Shown here one piece after another: positions 8,388-19,132 of a DNA stretch of 64,000 nt (within the stretch, counting starts at the first letter, position 1; each line of letters starts with the position of its first letter). This stretch comes from Cloacimonetes bacterium UBA6081 (GTDB lineage: Bacteria > Cloacimonadota > Cloacimonadia > Cloacimonadales > Cloacimonadaceae). The translations under genes were made by a program, and so were the position numbers. The stretch spans positions 49 through 64,048 of the forward strand of contig DIXL01000034.1 of assembly GCA_002428685.1 (NCBI GenBank), read 5' to 3'. The notes under the pieces are model-generated. The model saw nothing but the letters and a program-made list of their open reading frames with translations, had not been told where the DNA came from and made no database searches.

Positions 8388-9500
8388 TTATTCTTGGTTT
8401 AGAGAGGCTTTTTGGATAAGCTGTGCCACGGCCAATGCTACGGGAATATCGCCTTTGGCAACCTGCTGCTTCAAATGTGGTAACAGAGTTTTGATCGTGT
8501 TTTGATGATAAAAGCTGGATAGAACCTGTTCCGAAATCAAGCTCTCGAACCATTGGATGTTCTGCTGAGAACGCTGGGCAACAAATTCTCCACTCTGATT
8601 AGTTGCCTGCCGATATTCCAGAATCAGGTTCCAAATATCTACAATCCCAGTGCCCAACAGGGCGGAACACGTTATTGCCTTGGCATGCCAGGCTTTATTT
8701 GACGGGCGAAGGTAGTGCAGGGCGTTGTTATATTCACGGGCAGCCAGTTCGGTGCGCTGAACATTGTCACCATCGGCTTTGTTGATCACAATCAAATCGG
8801 CAAGCTCGATTATTCCCTTTTTAATGCCTTGAAGCTCATCTCCGGCACCTGCAATCTGCATCACAAGGAAGAAATCTACCATGCTTCGCACCGTGATTTC
8901 GCTTTGCCCCACGCCAACCGTCTCCACTAAAATTACATCATAACCCGCTGCTTCGCAGAGAATCATGGTTTCGCGGGTTTTTCGGGCAACTCCACCCAAA
9001 ACACCTGCACTGGGAGAGGGGCGGATAAAGCTGTTCTCTTGGCGTGAAAGCTTTTCCATTCTGGTTTTATCGCCCAAAATGCTACCCTTGCTGATAGTAG
9101 AGCTTGGGTCTATGGCCAAAACCGCAACTTTGTGTCCCTGCTGGATTAAAAACTGGCCAAAACTTTCGATAAAAGTGCTTTTACCGGCTCCGGGCACACC
9201 GGTTATGCCGATGCGGATTGATTTGCCGGACATGGGTAACAACTGCTTCAGCAGCTCCTGTCCCGGCGAAAAATGGCTGTGAGCGTTACTTTCTATCAGG
9301 GTGATTGCTTTGGAGAGCAGGGTGCGGTTTGAGCTCCGCACCCCTTCTACCAAGGTATTAAGGTCAAAACGCCTTTGCCGGTGAGCCTTTGCTGCCTGAG
9401 ACACAGAGCCGGAGGAATTTTCCTTCCCTGCCACAATGCGGCTGGCAAATTCTGCTCCAGAATCCTGCGGTGCCCATTCGGGTTTGCGTTTATCGTCCAA
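8388..9500 (-). CDS. meaB: methylmalonyl-CoA mutase-associated GTPase (MeaB/ArgK)
   Basis: P-loop GITGVPGAGKSTFIE, then ILVETVGVGQSE and VINKADG. It lies immediately downstream of the mutase large subunit, and its TTG start abuts the mutB stop. Confidence 0.85.
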   Translation of the reverse strand: MDDKRKPEWAPQDSGAEFASRIVAGKENSSGSVSQAAKAHRQRRFDLNTLVEGVRSSNRTLLSKAITLIESNAHSHFSPGQELLKQLLPMSGKSIRIGITGVPGAGKSTFIESFGQFLIQQGHKVAVLAIDPSSTISKGSILGDKTRMEKLSRQENSFIRPSPSAGVLGGVARKTRETMILCEAAGYDVILVETVGVGQSEITVRSMVDFFLVMQIAGAGDELQGIKKGIIELADLIVINKADGDNVQRTELAAREYNNALHYLRPSNKAWHAKAITCSALLGTGIVDIWNLILEYRQATNQSGEFVAQRSQQNIQWFESLISEQVLSSFYHQNTIKTLLPHLKQQVAKGDIPVALAVAQLIQKASLNQE

Positions 9501-11801
9501 TTAATGCGCCAACAGGGCTTCCATAATGGTTGTAGCTGCTTCGGGAAGCTTTGTGCCCGGGCCAAAGATGGCTGAAGCTCCATGCTGATACAAAAATTCA
9601 TAGTCCTGGGCTGGGATTACTCCACCCACAATAACCATGATGTCTTCCCTGCCGTGCTTTTTCAGCTCGTCCATTAGCTGTGGCAACAGGGTTTTGTGTC
9701 CGGCCGCCAAAGAACTCATGCCAATGATGTGGACATCGTTTTCCACAGCCTGACGTGCAGTTTCTTCCGGAGTTTGGAACAAAGGACCCATATCCACATC
9801 AAAACCCATGTCTGCATAGGCTGTGGCCACCACTTTGGCACCACGGTCATGCCCGTCCTGCCCCATTTTGGCAATTAGGATACGGGGACGGCGGCCTTCC
9901 TGTTCGGCAAATTTATCGGTTAAAGCCCGAACCTTTTCAATATCATCCATTTTGGCATACTCACTGCTATATATATTGTTTATCATTCTAATCGTGGCCT
10001 GATGGCGACCATAAACCTTTTCCAGGGCGTCCGAAATTTCTCCCAGAGAAGCACGTTTGCGAGCAGCATCAATTGCCAGTTCCAACAAATTTCCTTCCTT
10101 GGTTTCGGCACATTTGGTCAAAGCTGCCAAACTGGTGGTTACCTCTGTGTTATTACGCTCTTTGCGCAGTTTTGCCAAACGGGCTAATTGCGAGGTTCGG
10201 ACTGCGGTGTTGTCAACTTCCAGGATGTCCATGGCAGCTTCTGTATCAGGACGATATTTGTTGACGCCAACAATTACGTCTGCACCGGAATCAATCTTGG
10301 CCTGACGCCTGGCAGAGGCTTCTTCTATGCGCATTTTGGGAAGGCCGGTTTCGATGGCTTTGGCCATGCCACCCAGCTTTTCCACTTCCGTGATGTGATC
10401 CCAGGCTCTATGCATCAAGGCATCTGTTAAAGATTCCACATAATACGAGCCTGCCCAAGGGTCAATAACTTTACAAACGCCTGTTTCGTGTTGCAAATAA
10501 AGCTGTGTGTTGCGGGCAATGCGGGCACTGAAATCTGTGGGGAGGGCAATGGCCTCATCCAAAGAATTTGTATGTAGCGATTGGGTATGCCCCATTGTAG
10601 CGGCCAGGGCTTCGATTGTGGTTCTGGTGATGTTATTATAGGGGTCTTGTTCGGTAAGGCTCCAGCCGGAAGTTTGGCTATGAGTTCTGAGAGCCATGGA
10701 TTTGGGGTTTTTGGGGTTGAATCCTTTAATAATCTTTGCCCATAACACTCTGGCACCACGCAGCTTGGCAATTTCCATGAAATAGTTCATGCCTTCTGCC
10801 CAGAAAAATGACAGACGGGGAGCAAAGACATCAATATCTATGCCTGCATTTATGCCGGTGCGCACATATTCCAATCCATCGGCCAGGGTGTAGGCCATTT
10901 CCAAATCGGCAGTAGCACCTGCTTCGTGCATGTGATAACCGGAGATGCTGATGCTATTGAATTTTGGCATTTTCCGGCTGGTGTAACTAAAGATATCTGC
11001 AATAATTTGCATGGAGGGCAAGGGCGGATAGATGTAAGTATTGCGAACCATGTATTCTTTTAGAATATCGTTCTGGATGGTACCATTCAGAGCTTCGGGG
11101 CGGACGCCTTGCTCTTCGGCTGCCACAATATAAAATGCCATTATTGGTAACACCGCACCGTTCATGGTCATGGAAACACTCATCTGATCCAGAGGAATGT
11201 GATCGAAAAGGATCTTCATATCCAGGATGGAATCCACTGCCACACCGGCTTTGCCAACATCACCAACCACTCTTGGGTGATCGGAATCGTAACCGCGATG
11301 GGTGGCTAAATCGAAAGCTATGGATAAGCCCTTCTGCCCCATCGCCAGATTTCGGCGATAAAAAGCATTGCTTTCTTCGGCCGTGGAAAAACCTGCGTAT
11401 TGGCGAATCGTCCAGGGTCTTTGTATAAACATGGAAGGATAGGGACCGCGTAAAAAAGGTGGCAAACCGGAAAGATAATCCAGATGCTCCAGTTTTAGCA
11501 AGTCTTGCTTTGTATATAAAGCTTTAACGTCTATCTGCTCATTGGTTTTCCAGAGGCGTGAGTCTGGAGTCGATGTCGTCTTGTCAAGATTTAAATCCAT
11601 CTTAGATATAGAGGGGACAGAATTGTCGTGTGTAGTCCTTTCAGCCTTTGAATTGGGAGTTAAGTTTGAACCTGGAGAAGGCTGAAACGACTCCACACTT
11701 TGCGACTCCACACTTTGCGACTCCACACTTTGCGACTCCACACTTGGTGCCTTTACACGGGTTTTAAACTGCGGATTCAGAGTCATAAAATCAGGATTCA
11801 T
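9501..11801 (-). CDS. mutB: methylmalonyl-CoA mutase large (catalytic, B12-binding) subunit with a repeat-derived N-terminal extension
   Basis: Conserved mutase sequence runs from about [16 protein letters not shown] to the C-terminal B12-binding domain ([18 protein letters not shown]). The ATG at 11801 overlaps the mutA stop (ATGA) and follows GGGGGTGA. An alternative ATG at 11600 (MDLNLDK) has no SD. Confidence 0.88.
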   Translation of the reverse strand: MNPDFMTLNPQFKTRVKAPSVESQSVESQSVESQSVESFQPSPGSNLTPNSKAERTTHDNSVPSISKMDLNLDKTTSTPDSRLWKTNEQIDVKALYTKQDLLKLEHLDYLSGLPPFLRGPYPSMFIQRPWTIRQYAGFSTAEESNAFYRRNLAMGQKGLSIAFDLATHRGYDSDHPRVVGDVGKAGVAVDSILDMKILFDHIPLDQMSVSMTMNGAVLPIMAFYIVAAEEQGVRPEALNGTIQNDILKEYMVRNTYIYPPLPSMQIIADIFSYTSRKMPKFNSISISGYHMHEAGATADLEMAYTLADGLEYVRTGINAGIDIDVFAPRLSFFWAEGMNYFMEIAKLRGARVLWAKIIKGFNPKNPKSMALRTHSQTSGWSLTEQDPYNNITRTTIEALAATMGHTQSLHTNSLDEAIALPTDFSARIARNTQLYLQHETGVCKVIDPWAGSYYVESLTDALMHRAWDHITEVEKLGGMAKAIETGLPKMRIEEASARRQAKIDSGADVIVGVNKYRPDTEAAMDILEVDNTAVRTSQLARLAKLRKERNNTEVTTSLAALTKCAETKEGNLLELAIDAARKRASLGEISDALEKVYGRHQATIRMINNIYSSEYAKMDDIEKVRALTDKFAEQEGRRPRILIAKMGQDGHDRGAKVVATAYADMGFDVDMGPLFQTPEETARQAVENDVHIIGMSSLAAGHKTLLPQLMDELKKHGREDIMVIVGGVIPAQDYEFLYQHGASAIFGPGTKLPEAATTIMEALLAH
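11628..11698 (-). repeat. family-A palindromic element copy (inverted orientation) inside the 5' end of the mutB ORF
   Basis: Plus strand reads GTGTGTAGTCCTTTCAGCC...GGCTGAAACGACTCCACAC, the reverse complement of the 4076-4145 and 33397-33465 elements. In the mutB frame it translates as [24 protein letters not shown]. Confidence 0.85.
11688..11747 (-). repeat. 4 x 15-bp tandem repeat (CGACTCCACACTTTG) encoding (VESQS)n
   Basis: Units lie at 11688, 11703, 11718 and 11733; the last has one substitution. The unit duplicates the outer arm of the adjacent palindromic element. Confidence 0.9.
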
Positions 11802-13696
11802 TGGTTCACCCCCATTTGCAATGCCAATTGGCTTAAAGTGTTAAAAACATCCGCACGAATATGGATAAACAGGTTTATACCCTGTTGCTTGTAGCTTTCC
11901 ACCAAGTCTGTTGGGTAACCAGCCAGAATTAATATCTGACCCATCAGTTCTTTGCGCAATTCCGGAACCAGATTTATATAGTTATCATCGGTGGAACATA
12001 GGCAAAAAGCCTTGGCACCAGAAGCTTTGGCAGCTTGAACAGCTTCAGAAACGGAGGCAAAACCATTGTTTGATATCACTTCAAAACCTCCAACTTGCAA
12101 AAAGCCGGAAGCGAAATCGGCTCTGGCTTTGAATTCTGCAATTGAGCCCATATTAAGCAGGAAGACCTGTTTGTTTGCTTGCGATTTGGCAAGGGATAGC
12201 CGTAGATTCTCCAGGATTTCCATAGCTCTGTGGCGCGGCAGGGCACCTTTATCCAGTTCTACTGCCTTAGAAGATTCTGGAACATCAGACTCGCTACCAT
12301 TTACCGGCTCTTTTTCCAGGGGATTTGCATACATATTAATGCCGACAAACACATCCTTGCGTTTGTTCACAGCTTCAATTCTGGCCTTTGCAATCGGCTC
12401 TATCAATTCGTGAATCTTTCCAGCGCGTAAACAACGAACCATGCCTCCCATCGATTCAAGGTCTTGCATCAAACCCCAAGCTTTTGTGGCTAGTTCGCTG
12501 GTGAGGCTTTCTATATAATAGCAGCCACCCGCCGGATCAATCACTTTGCCAAAGTGTGCTTCTTCTTTTAGGATTATCTGCTGGTTTCGGGCAATGCGAC
12601 GGCTAAACTCATCGGGGATTTCGGTAAGCTGGTTAAAATGGCCTATCTCCAAACTATCCACTCCGCCAATAACTCCTGCAAAGCCTTCTGTGCCTGTGCG
12701 GAGCACGTTTACATAATTATCATAGATGCTTTTATTGAAGTTGGCTGTTTTGCCATGAATCCAGATCTTTTGGTTTGATTCACTACCACCAAAAGCTTTG
12801 ATCATTTCTGCCCAAAGCAATCTGAAAGCCCTGATTTTGGCTATTTCCATAAAGAAATTTGAGCCTAAAGACAGTTTTACCTGGAACAAAGGCGCAAGCT
12901 GGTTTATTGTAAACCCAGAATACTGTAAACCCTGAATCAGTCCAATTGCATTAGATAACACAAAACCAAGTTCCTGCATGCTGGAAGCTCCGGCAGCTTC
13001 ATAAACTGTTCCATCCAGTGATAGCACCCGAATCCCAGGAGCTTTTTCGGAAGCCCATTTAACACTATCAACCAATTTTTGCCAGAAATCTTCCAAGGGC
13101 AGATCGCAATAACCAAGCCGGGCAAATTCGCCAGTGGGATCAAAGCCTATTCCTGCCTTCAAATCAGCCAGGGAGACGCCAATTTCATCCACATACTTTT
13201 CTAACAACAGCAAGAAGCCATCATCGCGGACATCCAACTGCATAAACAGAGGCGCAGCCAGCAAATCCACACCCGCAAAAGCTGTGCGCAGATCATCAAT
13301 ATTTTTAAAAACTACACCACGATTGTTGTCTTCGTGTTTAAGCGTGAGATTCACAGCCGTAAGACCGAGATTAAGCTCTTTCAACAGCTCTGCATTCAGC
13401 TTGTTCAAATCCGATTCATCATGGTTTTGAGCTACCAGCCAGCCCTGCTGTAAAAAACGCTGCGGATCGTTTCCCCGCAGATAGGGCGAGGTGCCAGGCT
13501 GGTTATCGGTAAAAGGTAAATCTGCCACGTCTGCTTTGGTATAAATGGGCTTAAGCGTTATCCCCTCATAGGTTTTGGTCTTCATTACTTTGTCAAAATC
13601 TGCACCTTTCAGGCTATCCTTCACCGCTTGCAACCACTGGTTGTAATCGTTGGGCGGAAAGGTTTCCTTCAGATTCAGTTTGGTTTCGCTATCCAC
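11798..13696 (-). CDS. mutA: methylmalonyl-CoA mutase small (beta) subunit
   Basis: 632-aa paralog of the large subunit. Its N-terminus ([36 protein letters not shown]) is typical of MutA, and it lies directly upstream of and overlaps mutB. Confidence 0.8.
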   Translation of the reverse strand: MDSETKLNLKETFPPNDYNQWLQAVKDSLKGADFDKVMKTKTYEGITLKPIYTKADVADLPFTDNQPGTSPYLRGNDPQRFLQQGWLVAQNHDESDLNKLNAELLKELNLGLTAVNLTLKHEDNNRGVVFKNIDDLRTAFAGVDLLAAPLFMQLDVRDDGFLLLLEKYVDEIGVSLADLKAGIGFDPTGEFARLGYCDLPLEDFWQKLVDSVKWASEKAPGIRVLSLDGTVYEAAGASSMQELGFVLSNAIGLIQGLQYSGFTINQLAPLFQVKLSLGSNFFMEIAKIRAFRLLWAEMIKAFGGSESNQKIWIHGKTANFNKSIYDNYVNVLRTGTEGFAGVIGGVDSLEIGHFNQLTEIPDEFSRRIARNQQIILKEEAHFGKVIDPAGGCYYIESLTSELATKAWGLMQDLESMGGMVRCLRAGKIHELIEPIAKARIEAVNKRKDVFVGINMYANPLEKEPVNGSESDVPESSKAVELDKGALPRHRAMEILENLRLSLAKSQANKQVFLLNMGSIAEFKARADFASGFLQVGGFEVISNNGFASVSEAVQAAKASGAKAFCLCSTDDNYINLVPELRKELMGQILILAGYPTDLVESYKQQGINLFIHIRADVFNTLSQLALQMGVNQ

Positions 13697-13708
13697 ACTA
13701 ATTCTCCT

Positions 13709-14980
13709 TTATTTTTCTATTAAAGCTTCTACTGGTTTCATCCCGAAAGCAGAGCCCTGCTGGATGGCATCAAGAATGGCTCCACCACCGGTAAAAAAGT
13801 AATATTTCGGGTCGTTTTGCGCTTTACTGAAAACGCCCGGCAGGTATTCTTTAAAATCTTGAATTGTATCCCCACCCCCAAACAGCTTGGTTGCTTTGGG
13901 ACAGGCATCAATTAGCGAATACATGGCTTTGGTTCCTTCCGGAAACAAAGCAGTGTAGCCCATCACAGCGTTTACAAAGATAGTTCCGGCTTCTTTGAAA
14001 ACCTTGACTAATTTCGCATCACTGAAGTTTTCAGCGGATACATCCAGCACATATCCAAGCTTGGTTCCAGCTGTCAAATCCGCCACATTGTGCACTTTAA
14101 AACCGCTGCGTTTTTCAATTCCCTGGTTTTCCACAATAAAAGGCAGTTCTACAATTTTGGCAGCGTGCTCTGCGCTATCGGCTATGAATTTGGCAGCCTG
14201 AGCAATATCCTCTGCCGCAACCCCCTCAATTTCAATACCATATTTATGGCACAAATAGGCATTGTAGATAACTCCACCCAAAACCAGATGATCGGCAATT
14301 TTGATAAGTGAAGAAAGCGGACCAATCTTAGTATCAAACTTAGCTCCAGCCACCACAGCCAATAAAGGTCGTTTGGGCTGAAGGACACTATGCAAACTCT
14401 GCACTTCCTTTTGCATTAAAAGCCCGGCATAGGAAGGTAAATATTTAACGATGCCATAGGTGCTGGCATGTGCTTGCCACGAGCCAAAAGCATCATTGAT
14501 GTAAAGATCGGCATATTGAGCTAAGGCTTTGGCCAATTTATCTGCGCTGTCATCTTTGGCTTCTTCGCCATAAAACCAGCGTGTATTGGGCAAATAAACA
14601 AAATCTATGGCACCGCTTTTAAGCTTGGAAATGCCTGTAGCAATGGGGCTGAGATCAATAATTCCCTGCTTACCAGCTGCTTCACACTTGGGTATGAAGC
14701 CCTTTAGTTGCAATTTCGCATACAAATAATCCACAATTGGCTGCACCGAATCGCCTTCTGAGATGGTAATTTCGCCGGTTTTCTTGTCATAAGGACGCCC
14801 CACATGCGTCATTAACACTGGTAAGCCACCCTTTTTATAAATATGTAAAAGTGTTGGGATGGTAGCATCGATACGCATTGTGTCTTTTACCACACCTTTT
14901 TTAACCACATTATGGTCAAAACGCACCAGGCAAACCTTGCCAGACAGGTCTGCATCCATCATGTTTGCTAACTTGCTCAT
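13709..14980 (-). CDS. pgk: phosphoglycerate kinase (divergent)
   Basis: N-terminal DLSGKVCLVRFDHNV...TIPTL...VLMTHVGRP and C-terminal FGGGDT and FFTGGGA motifs match PGK. Confidence 0.75.
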   Translation of the reverse strand: MSKLANMMDADLSGKVCLVRFDHNVVKKGVVKDTMRIDATIPTLLHIYKKGGLPVLMTHVGRPYDKKTGEITISEGDSVQPIVDYLYAKLQLKGFIPKCEAAGKQGIIDLSPIATGISKLKSGAIDFVYLPNTRWFYGEEAKDDSADKLAKALAQYADLYINDAFGSWQAHASTYGIVKYLPSYAGLLMQKEVQSLHSVLQPKRPLLAVVAGAKFDTKIGPLSSLIKIADHLVLGGVIYNAYLCHKYGIEIEGVAAEDIAQAAKFIADSAEHAAKIVELPFIVENQGIEKRSGFKVHNVADLTAGTKLGYVLDVSAENFSDAKLVKVFKEAGTIFVNAVMGYTALFPEGTKAMYSLIDACPKATKLFGGGDTIQDFKEYLPGVFSKAQNDPKYYFFTGGGAILDAIQQGSAFGMKPVEALIEK

Positions 14981-15116
14981 TTACCTTATCTCCTTATTGT
15001 GTATATAGTTAAAGCGATATATTAAGAAAGCGAATAAACATTTCCAATTTAAGAGATTGTTTATCTGCCCTCTGCTAAACGTCAAGCAAAATCTATATCA
15101 TTGTTTTACTATGTGA

Positions 15117-15160
15117 CTTGTCACTGTCTTGTTAGTATCGCTAAACAAGACAGTGACAAG
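15117..15160 (-). terminator. perfect 17-bp stem / 10-nt loop hairpin downstream of the nuclease gene (no U tract)
   Basis: CTTGTCACTGTCTTGTT (15117-15133) is the exact reverse complement of AACAAGACAGTGACAAG (15144-15160). It lies between the stop of the 15191-15655 gene and the pgk promoter region. Confidence 0.35.
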
Positions 15161-15190
15161 CCAATAAAAGCCTATGAAGTATAAGGTTTA

Positions 15191-15655
15191 TTAGTGTTTT
15201 CGGCGAAAATTCCACGGAGGAATGGGGTTTTTATCTACCCACAAGCCAAGGCGATTTTTGCGAGCCAAGTTTTCCAGTTTTGCCAGATAGACATCTTTGT
15301 TATATGTTTTGTAATGCCAGGCAAGACCGGCTTTTAGAAGCTCTTGATTAAGGTTTTTCCCGTTATCGTAAAATACCCGCCCCAAGATGCGCTGATAGCG
15401 ATCTTTGCCTTTGTATTCCACTCGAACTTTCTTTCCAAACACTTGCTGAGAGGCAAATTGACTGGCACGATCTCCAAAAGCTTGTTTCTTTTCGGGACAA
15501 TCAATACCGTCCAGGCGAATTGTGTGAGTTGTTTTAGCCTTTAATACCACAATTGTGTCGCCATCTTTGATAGCAGTAACTTTACCGGTAATGGTTCTTG
15601 CAGAAAAGCTTGTAAAGCAAAGAGCAAGAGCTATTAGAATAAAGAGTTTACGCAT
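15191..15655 (-). CDS. secreted thermonuclease (staphylococcal nuclease homologue)
   Basis: Signal peptide MRKLFILIALALCFTSFSA is followed by SNase motifs: GKVTAIKDGDTIVV, IRLDGIDCPEKKQ, DRYQRILGRV and ELLKAGLAWHY. Confidence 0.8.
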   Translation of the reverse strand: MRKLFILIALALCFTSFSARTITGKVTAIKDGDTIVVLKAKTTHTIRLDGIDCPEKKQAFGDRASQFASQQVFGKKVRVEYKGKDRYQRILGRVFYDNGKNLNQELLKAGLAWHYKTYNKDVYLAKLENLARKNRLGLWVDKNPIPPWNFRRKH

Positions 15656-15663
15656 GGAATATC

Positions 15664-15969
15664 TTACTTATCGGTTTTAAATCCCACATGTTTATTATCG
15701 TTCTGCCCCTGAACCTTAATTTCACCAAACTGGGTTTCGTAGGTTTCGATATTCTTTTCCAACAGTTGCATAAGCTGTTTAGCATGCGAGGGCGTCATCA
15801 GCACGCGAGTATAGATTCTGGCATCTGGAATTCCGGGAAGAATGCGCCCGCAATCCATGATGAATTCGGAGGGAGAATTGGTAATTACGAAGAAATTAGC
15901 ATAAGTTCCTTCTCCAACCTTTTCGTCGATTTTAATCTGGATTTGGTTTTGTTGTGGTTGATTGGCCAT
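15664..15969 (-). CDS. DUF3467-like small protein
   Basis: GTYANFFVITNSPSEFIMDCG...TRVLMTPSHAKQLMQLLEKNIETYE fits the DUF3467 pattern. It is tightly packed between the helicase and nuclease genes. Confidence 0.55.
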   Translation of the reverse strand: MANQPQQNQIQIKIDEKVGEGTYANFFVITNSPSEFIMDCGRILPGIPDARIYTRVLMTPSHAKQLMQLLEKNIETYETQFGEIKVQGQNDNKHVGFKTDK

Positions 15970-15982
15970 GATGTATCTCCTT

Positions 15983-18900
15983 TTAGGTATAATTTACTTG
16001 AAGTTGTTGTAAAGCCAAAGCAGAATCGATTATTATTCCTTTTTGGCCAATGTCGTAGATCAATTTGGCATAATGAACCCCAGTTTGGCAAAGTTCTAAG
16101 TTTCCCAAAACAATGATTCGTTCTTTAGCCCGGCTGAGAGCCACATTCAGCTTGCGGTCTATGCAACCATCATCCGAAAGTGATTGTAGCTGTGATAGGT
16201 TATTGCTGTGTTTTAAGGGTAGCGCAATGATAATAATGTCTCGTTCTGAGCCTTGAAAGCGTTCCACAGTATCAATTGTAAGCATAGAATAGTCATCCCC
16301 AAGCTCTTTACGTAGGGCATGGATCATTGCTCTGAAGGGAGCCACAACCCCCAGGCTTTTATTAATGTCGCTTACTACACCTGAATCAACAAGTTTGGCG
16401 GCAATTGCACAAACCAGGCTAACCTGCAAGGCATCAAAGTGTAAGGTGGTAGAGGGAGGACAATTTATCCAGACCAAACGTTGGTTTAAAAAGCCAGGTA
16501 ACTGGTGGTTGAGCTGAAGTTCGCCGGTCTGCTGGGGCGTAGCACTTATCAGTTTATCATTATAATAGTGTCCTATCAGCGAAGCAATGCTTTCGTGCAT
16601 GCGAAAGTGAGATCGCAGCATTGCCAAAACTGCTGCCTCCGGTTTTGCTATATAAACGGCAAACAAGCGTTCCATTAGCGATTGATTGAAGCTGCCATAA
16701 TGCAAGACTTGTAGCAACCGGTTCTTAAACTCAAAGGGCATAGGACTTTGCACCACAATTGGCGGAAGCTGGTTTTGGTCGCCGATTAAAATTGTTTTGG
16801 GGCTTTGGGAGATAAGTCCCAAGATACTGCTTTCCACAATCTGCGAGGCTTCATCAATAATTATCTCGTCGAAGTGAGTGATTTTTAAGATGTCCAGATA
16901 CCAGGCATTTGCGCTTTGCATAGTGGCCACCCAAATGCGGTTATTCAACACAATTTCAGCTATTTCTTCAAAGCGTTTGTCTTTAATCTGTTCGCTTAGC
17001 AGTTGCTGCTCTATTGTGGTAGAACTGCCAGAGCGCAGAAAGGGAATGCCTTTGCGGATAAAGCATTGGCAGATTTCGTCAACCGCACGGTTGGTAAAGC
17101 TGAGAATAAGCAGATTCTTAGCACTCTGCTGAAACACATCACTTACATAAGTTCCAAGTAAACCGGAAGTTTTGCCTGTTCCGGGAGGTCCTTGCACTAT
17201 GAAAAGTTCTTTTGCACTGTGCATTCTACTAATGATGTCGGTCAATGAGTCTGATTGGGTTTCAGCTACCTCAAAGAGTGGGTTTTGCAAGCCAAATATT
17301 ACTTTTCTTGTTTGCGGACTGGCCGATAAAAACGCCACCAGTGAAGCCAGAGGGCTGTATAAAGATGTTTCTAAGGTGTCATGTTCTATTGCCCACAAGC
17401 CACCTTCGGTAAAGCTTCGGTTGTTTTTCAAGCCACCGCGCACAGAGATTTCCAAGCAATCCTGCTGAAGTTTGTGAATAATGCCGCGTAAAATCTCCTG
17501 CCTGGTAATTGATGTATTTTGCTTATATAAAACTACAATATCCCCTTGACGGAAGTCTGCTATCTCATCGGAAACAGGGATATTGAAGCAAATCAAGTTT
17601 TTGTGCTGGTCAGTGGGAACCAAATCCGGGATAATTTTATATGTTGCCTTTTTTTCTGTAGAACTAAGCTGCCAAAGAGCATTATGTCCATAACTGCTAT
17701 CGCTTCTGGAGCCATTATCACCTGTTTTCACAAACCAAATCTCGCGTACAACCCTTTGCACCTGGGCAGTAAACCATTCTGCTTCATAATCGGTTAAATT
17801 GGTGGCCAGGCATTGATAACGTTCATATTTACTGCGAATAATTGGGTTGGAAGGGAATTTATTAAAGGTTTTGAGCCAGGCAAACAGCTTTTCCGGCTCT
17901 GATGCCAAAGTATGCATCAGGCCAATTATCCGATTGCGGCACATTAGCAAATCCTGCTCTAAAATGCTAATGTTTACCACATGACGCAATGAGTTTTCCT
18001 TACTGGCAGAATACAGGATGGAGGCATTGCTAACGCGTCTTGCTCCATAGGCATTTCGAATAAGCATATTATAGGCAATCACCTGCATCTGATGGCTAGT
18101 CCAAACCTCCGTAGGATGTGCTTTTCCGCTTTTTAGCTCTACAATACTATAGCTATCACCTTGTTTGGCAAGCAAGTCCAAACGTCCCTGCAAGCCATAA
18201 TCGGGGCAAATATAAGACGGCTCCAGCAGGATTTCCGCTTCGCATAAATTTGCAATAAAGCTCTTTAATTGGGGCAAATGCTCATCCCTGATGCAGTTGT
18301 AAATATTCATGGCAGCTTGCCTACCTAGCGATACAAAAGCAATTGGCATATTCGCCAGACCATGTTTGAACAATTCCAAATAATCTGCGCTAGGATTCAA
18401 GATCAATTCGTCAAAGATGCTATTTACCATAGAACCTTGCAAAGCAGCTTCGCTGGAAGCATCCCGAAACAGGGAATTGAGGAAAAAGACAAGCGGATCG
18501 CCACTACTTGTGGCAAAACAAGCAGCCAGTGCCGATGCATCAATCAAAAAATCCGGCTCCAGAACAATTATGGTGCGCGGATTGTTCATATAGCTGTCTG
18601 CTTTTCCACTTATGGCAGTTAGCTCATGACATCGCAAGTCGGCATATTGCCAAAGTGATTTTGCCAGCATAGTCCATTGCCTGCCGTCATGACCAGCCTG
18701 TTTTGCATCGTTATTCAGGCTAATCTGGCAAGAAGAGCCGTCTTCGCGGACTACTTCCAAACATAGGCAGTTGGCGTCCACTTTCCAGCTTTTTAGCATA
18801 CATGAAAAGCTCTGTTTGGATGCTTCCGGTAAAGTTTTAATAGTGGCAACCGGCTTCTTTGCCAGGTAATCTGCAAGGGAGGCATTGGAATATTGAGGAC

Positions 18901-19132
18901 AAAAATATTCTATAAGGGCATTGCTAATCCCCACTGCGCTAACAAAATCGCTATCAGTAATTGTAGTATGTTCCTCATGAGCGATTCTATTGCACAAAAT
19001 ACGCAAACGATTGCTTTGTACCTGCAACTGAGCAGAAACCTTGTGCGCTTCGTTGGCATATTGCATGCGGGCAAAGAGCCCACTGAAGCTTAATTGTTCA
19101 TTCTCCGTGACAGATTTATAAAGCTGTTCCAA
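15983..19132 (-). CDS. Dna2/Nhi-like nuclease-helicase: DUF4145-like N-terminus, PD-(D/E)xK nuclease, SF1 (UPF1/DNA2-type) helicase
   Basis: LRILCNRIAHEE (DUF4145-like). GRLDLL...YSIVELKSGK plus QMQVIAYNML form a RecB/Cas4-type nuclease core. Walker A is VQGPPGTGKTS, Walker B is IIIDEASQ, and VERFQGSERDIIIIAL follows. The track start is a TTG, and the frame stays open 42 codons further upstream without ATG/GTG/TTG. Confidence 0.75.
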   Translation of the reverse strand: MEQLYKSVTENEQLSFSGLFARMQYANEAHKVSAQLQVQSNRLRILCNRIAHEEHTTITDSDFVSAVGISNALIEYFCPQYSNASLADYLAKKPVATIKTLPEASKQSFSCMLKSWKVDANCLCLEVVREDGSSCQISLNNDAKQAGHDGRQWTMLAKSLWQYADLRCHELTAISGKADSYMNNPRTIIVLEPDFLIDASALAACFATSSGDPLVFFLNSLFRDASSEAALQGSMVNSIFDELILNPSADYLELFKHGLANMPIAFVSLGRQAAMNIYNCIRDEHLPQLKSFIANLCEAEILLEPSYICPDYGLQGRLDLLAKQGDSYSIVELKSGKAHPTEVWTSHQMQVIAYNMLIRNAYGARRVSNASILYSASKENSLRHVVNISILEQDLLMCRNRIIGLMHTLASEPEKLFAWLKTFNKFPSNPIIRSKYERYQCLATNLTDYEAEWFTAQVQRVVREIWFVKTGDNGSRSDSSYGHNALWQLSSTEKKATYKIIPDLVPTDQHKNLICFNIPVSDEIADFRQGDIVVLYKQNTSITRQEILRGIIHKLQQDCLEISVRGGLKNNRSFTEGGLWAIEHDTLETSLYSPLASLVAFLSASPQTRKVIFGLQNPLFEVAETQSDSLTDIISRMHSAKELFIVQGPPGTGKTSGLLGTYVSDVFQQSAKNLLILSFTNRAVDEICQCFIRKGIPFLRSGSSTTIEQQLLSEQIKDKRFEEIAEIVLNNRIWVATMQSANAWYLDILKITHFDEIIIDEASQIVESSILGLISQSPKTILIGDQNQLPPIVVQSPMPFEFKNRLLQVLHYGSFNQSLMERLFAVYIAKPEAAVLAMLRSHFRMHESIASLIGHYYNDKLISATPQQTGELQLNHQLPGFLNQRLVWINCPPSTTLHFDALQVSLVCAIAAKLVDSGVVSDINKSLGVVAPFRAMIHALRKELGDDYSMLTIDTVERFQGSERDIIIIALPLKHSNNLSQLQSLSDDGCIDRKLNVALSRAKERIIVLGNLELCQTGVHYAKLIYDIGQKGIIIDSALALQQLQVNYT

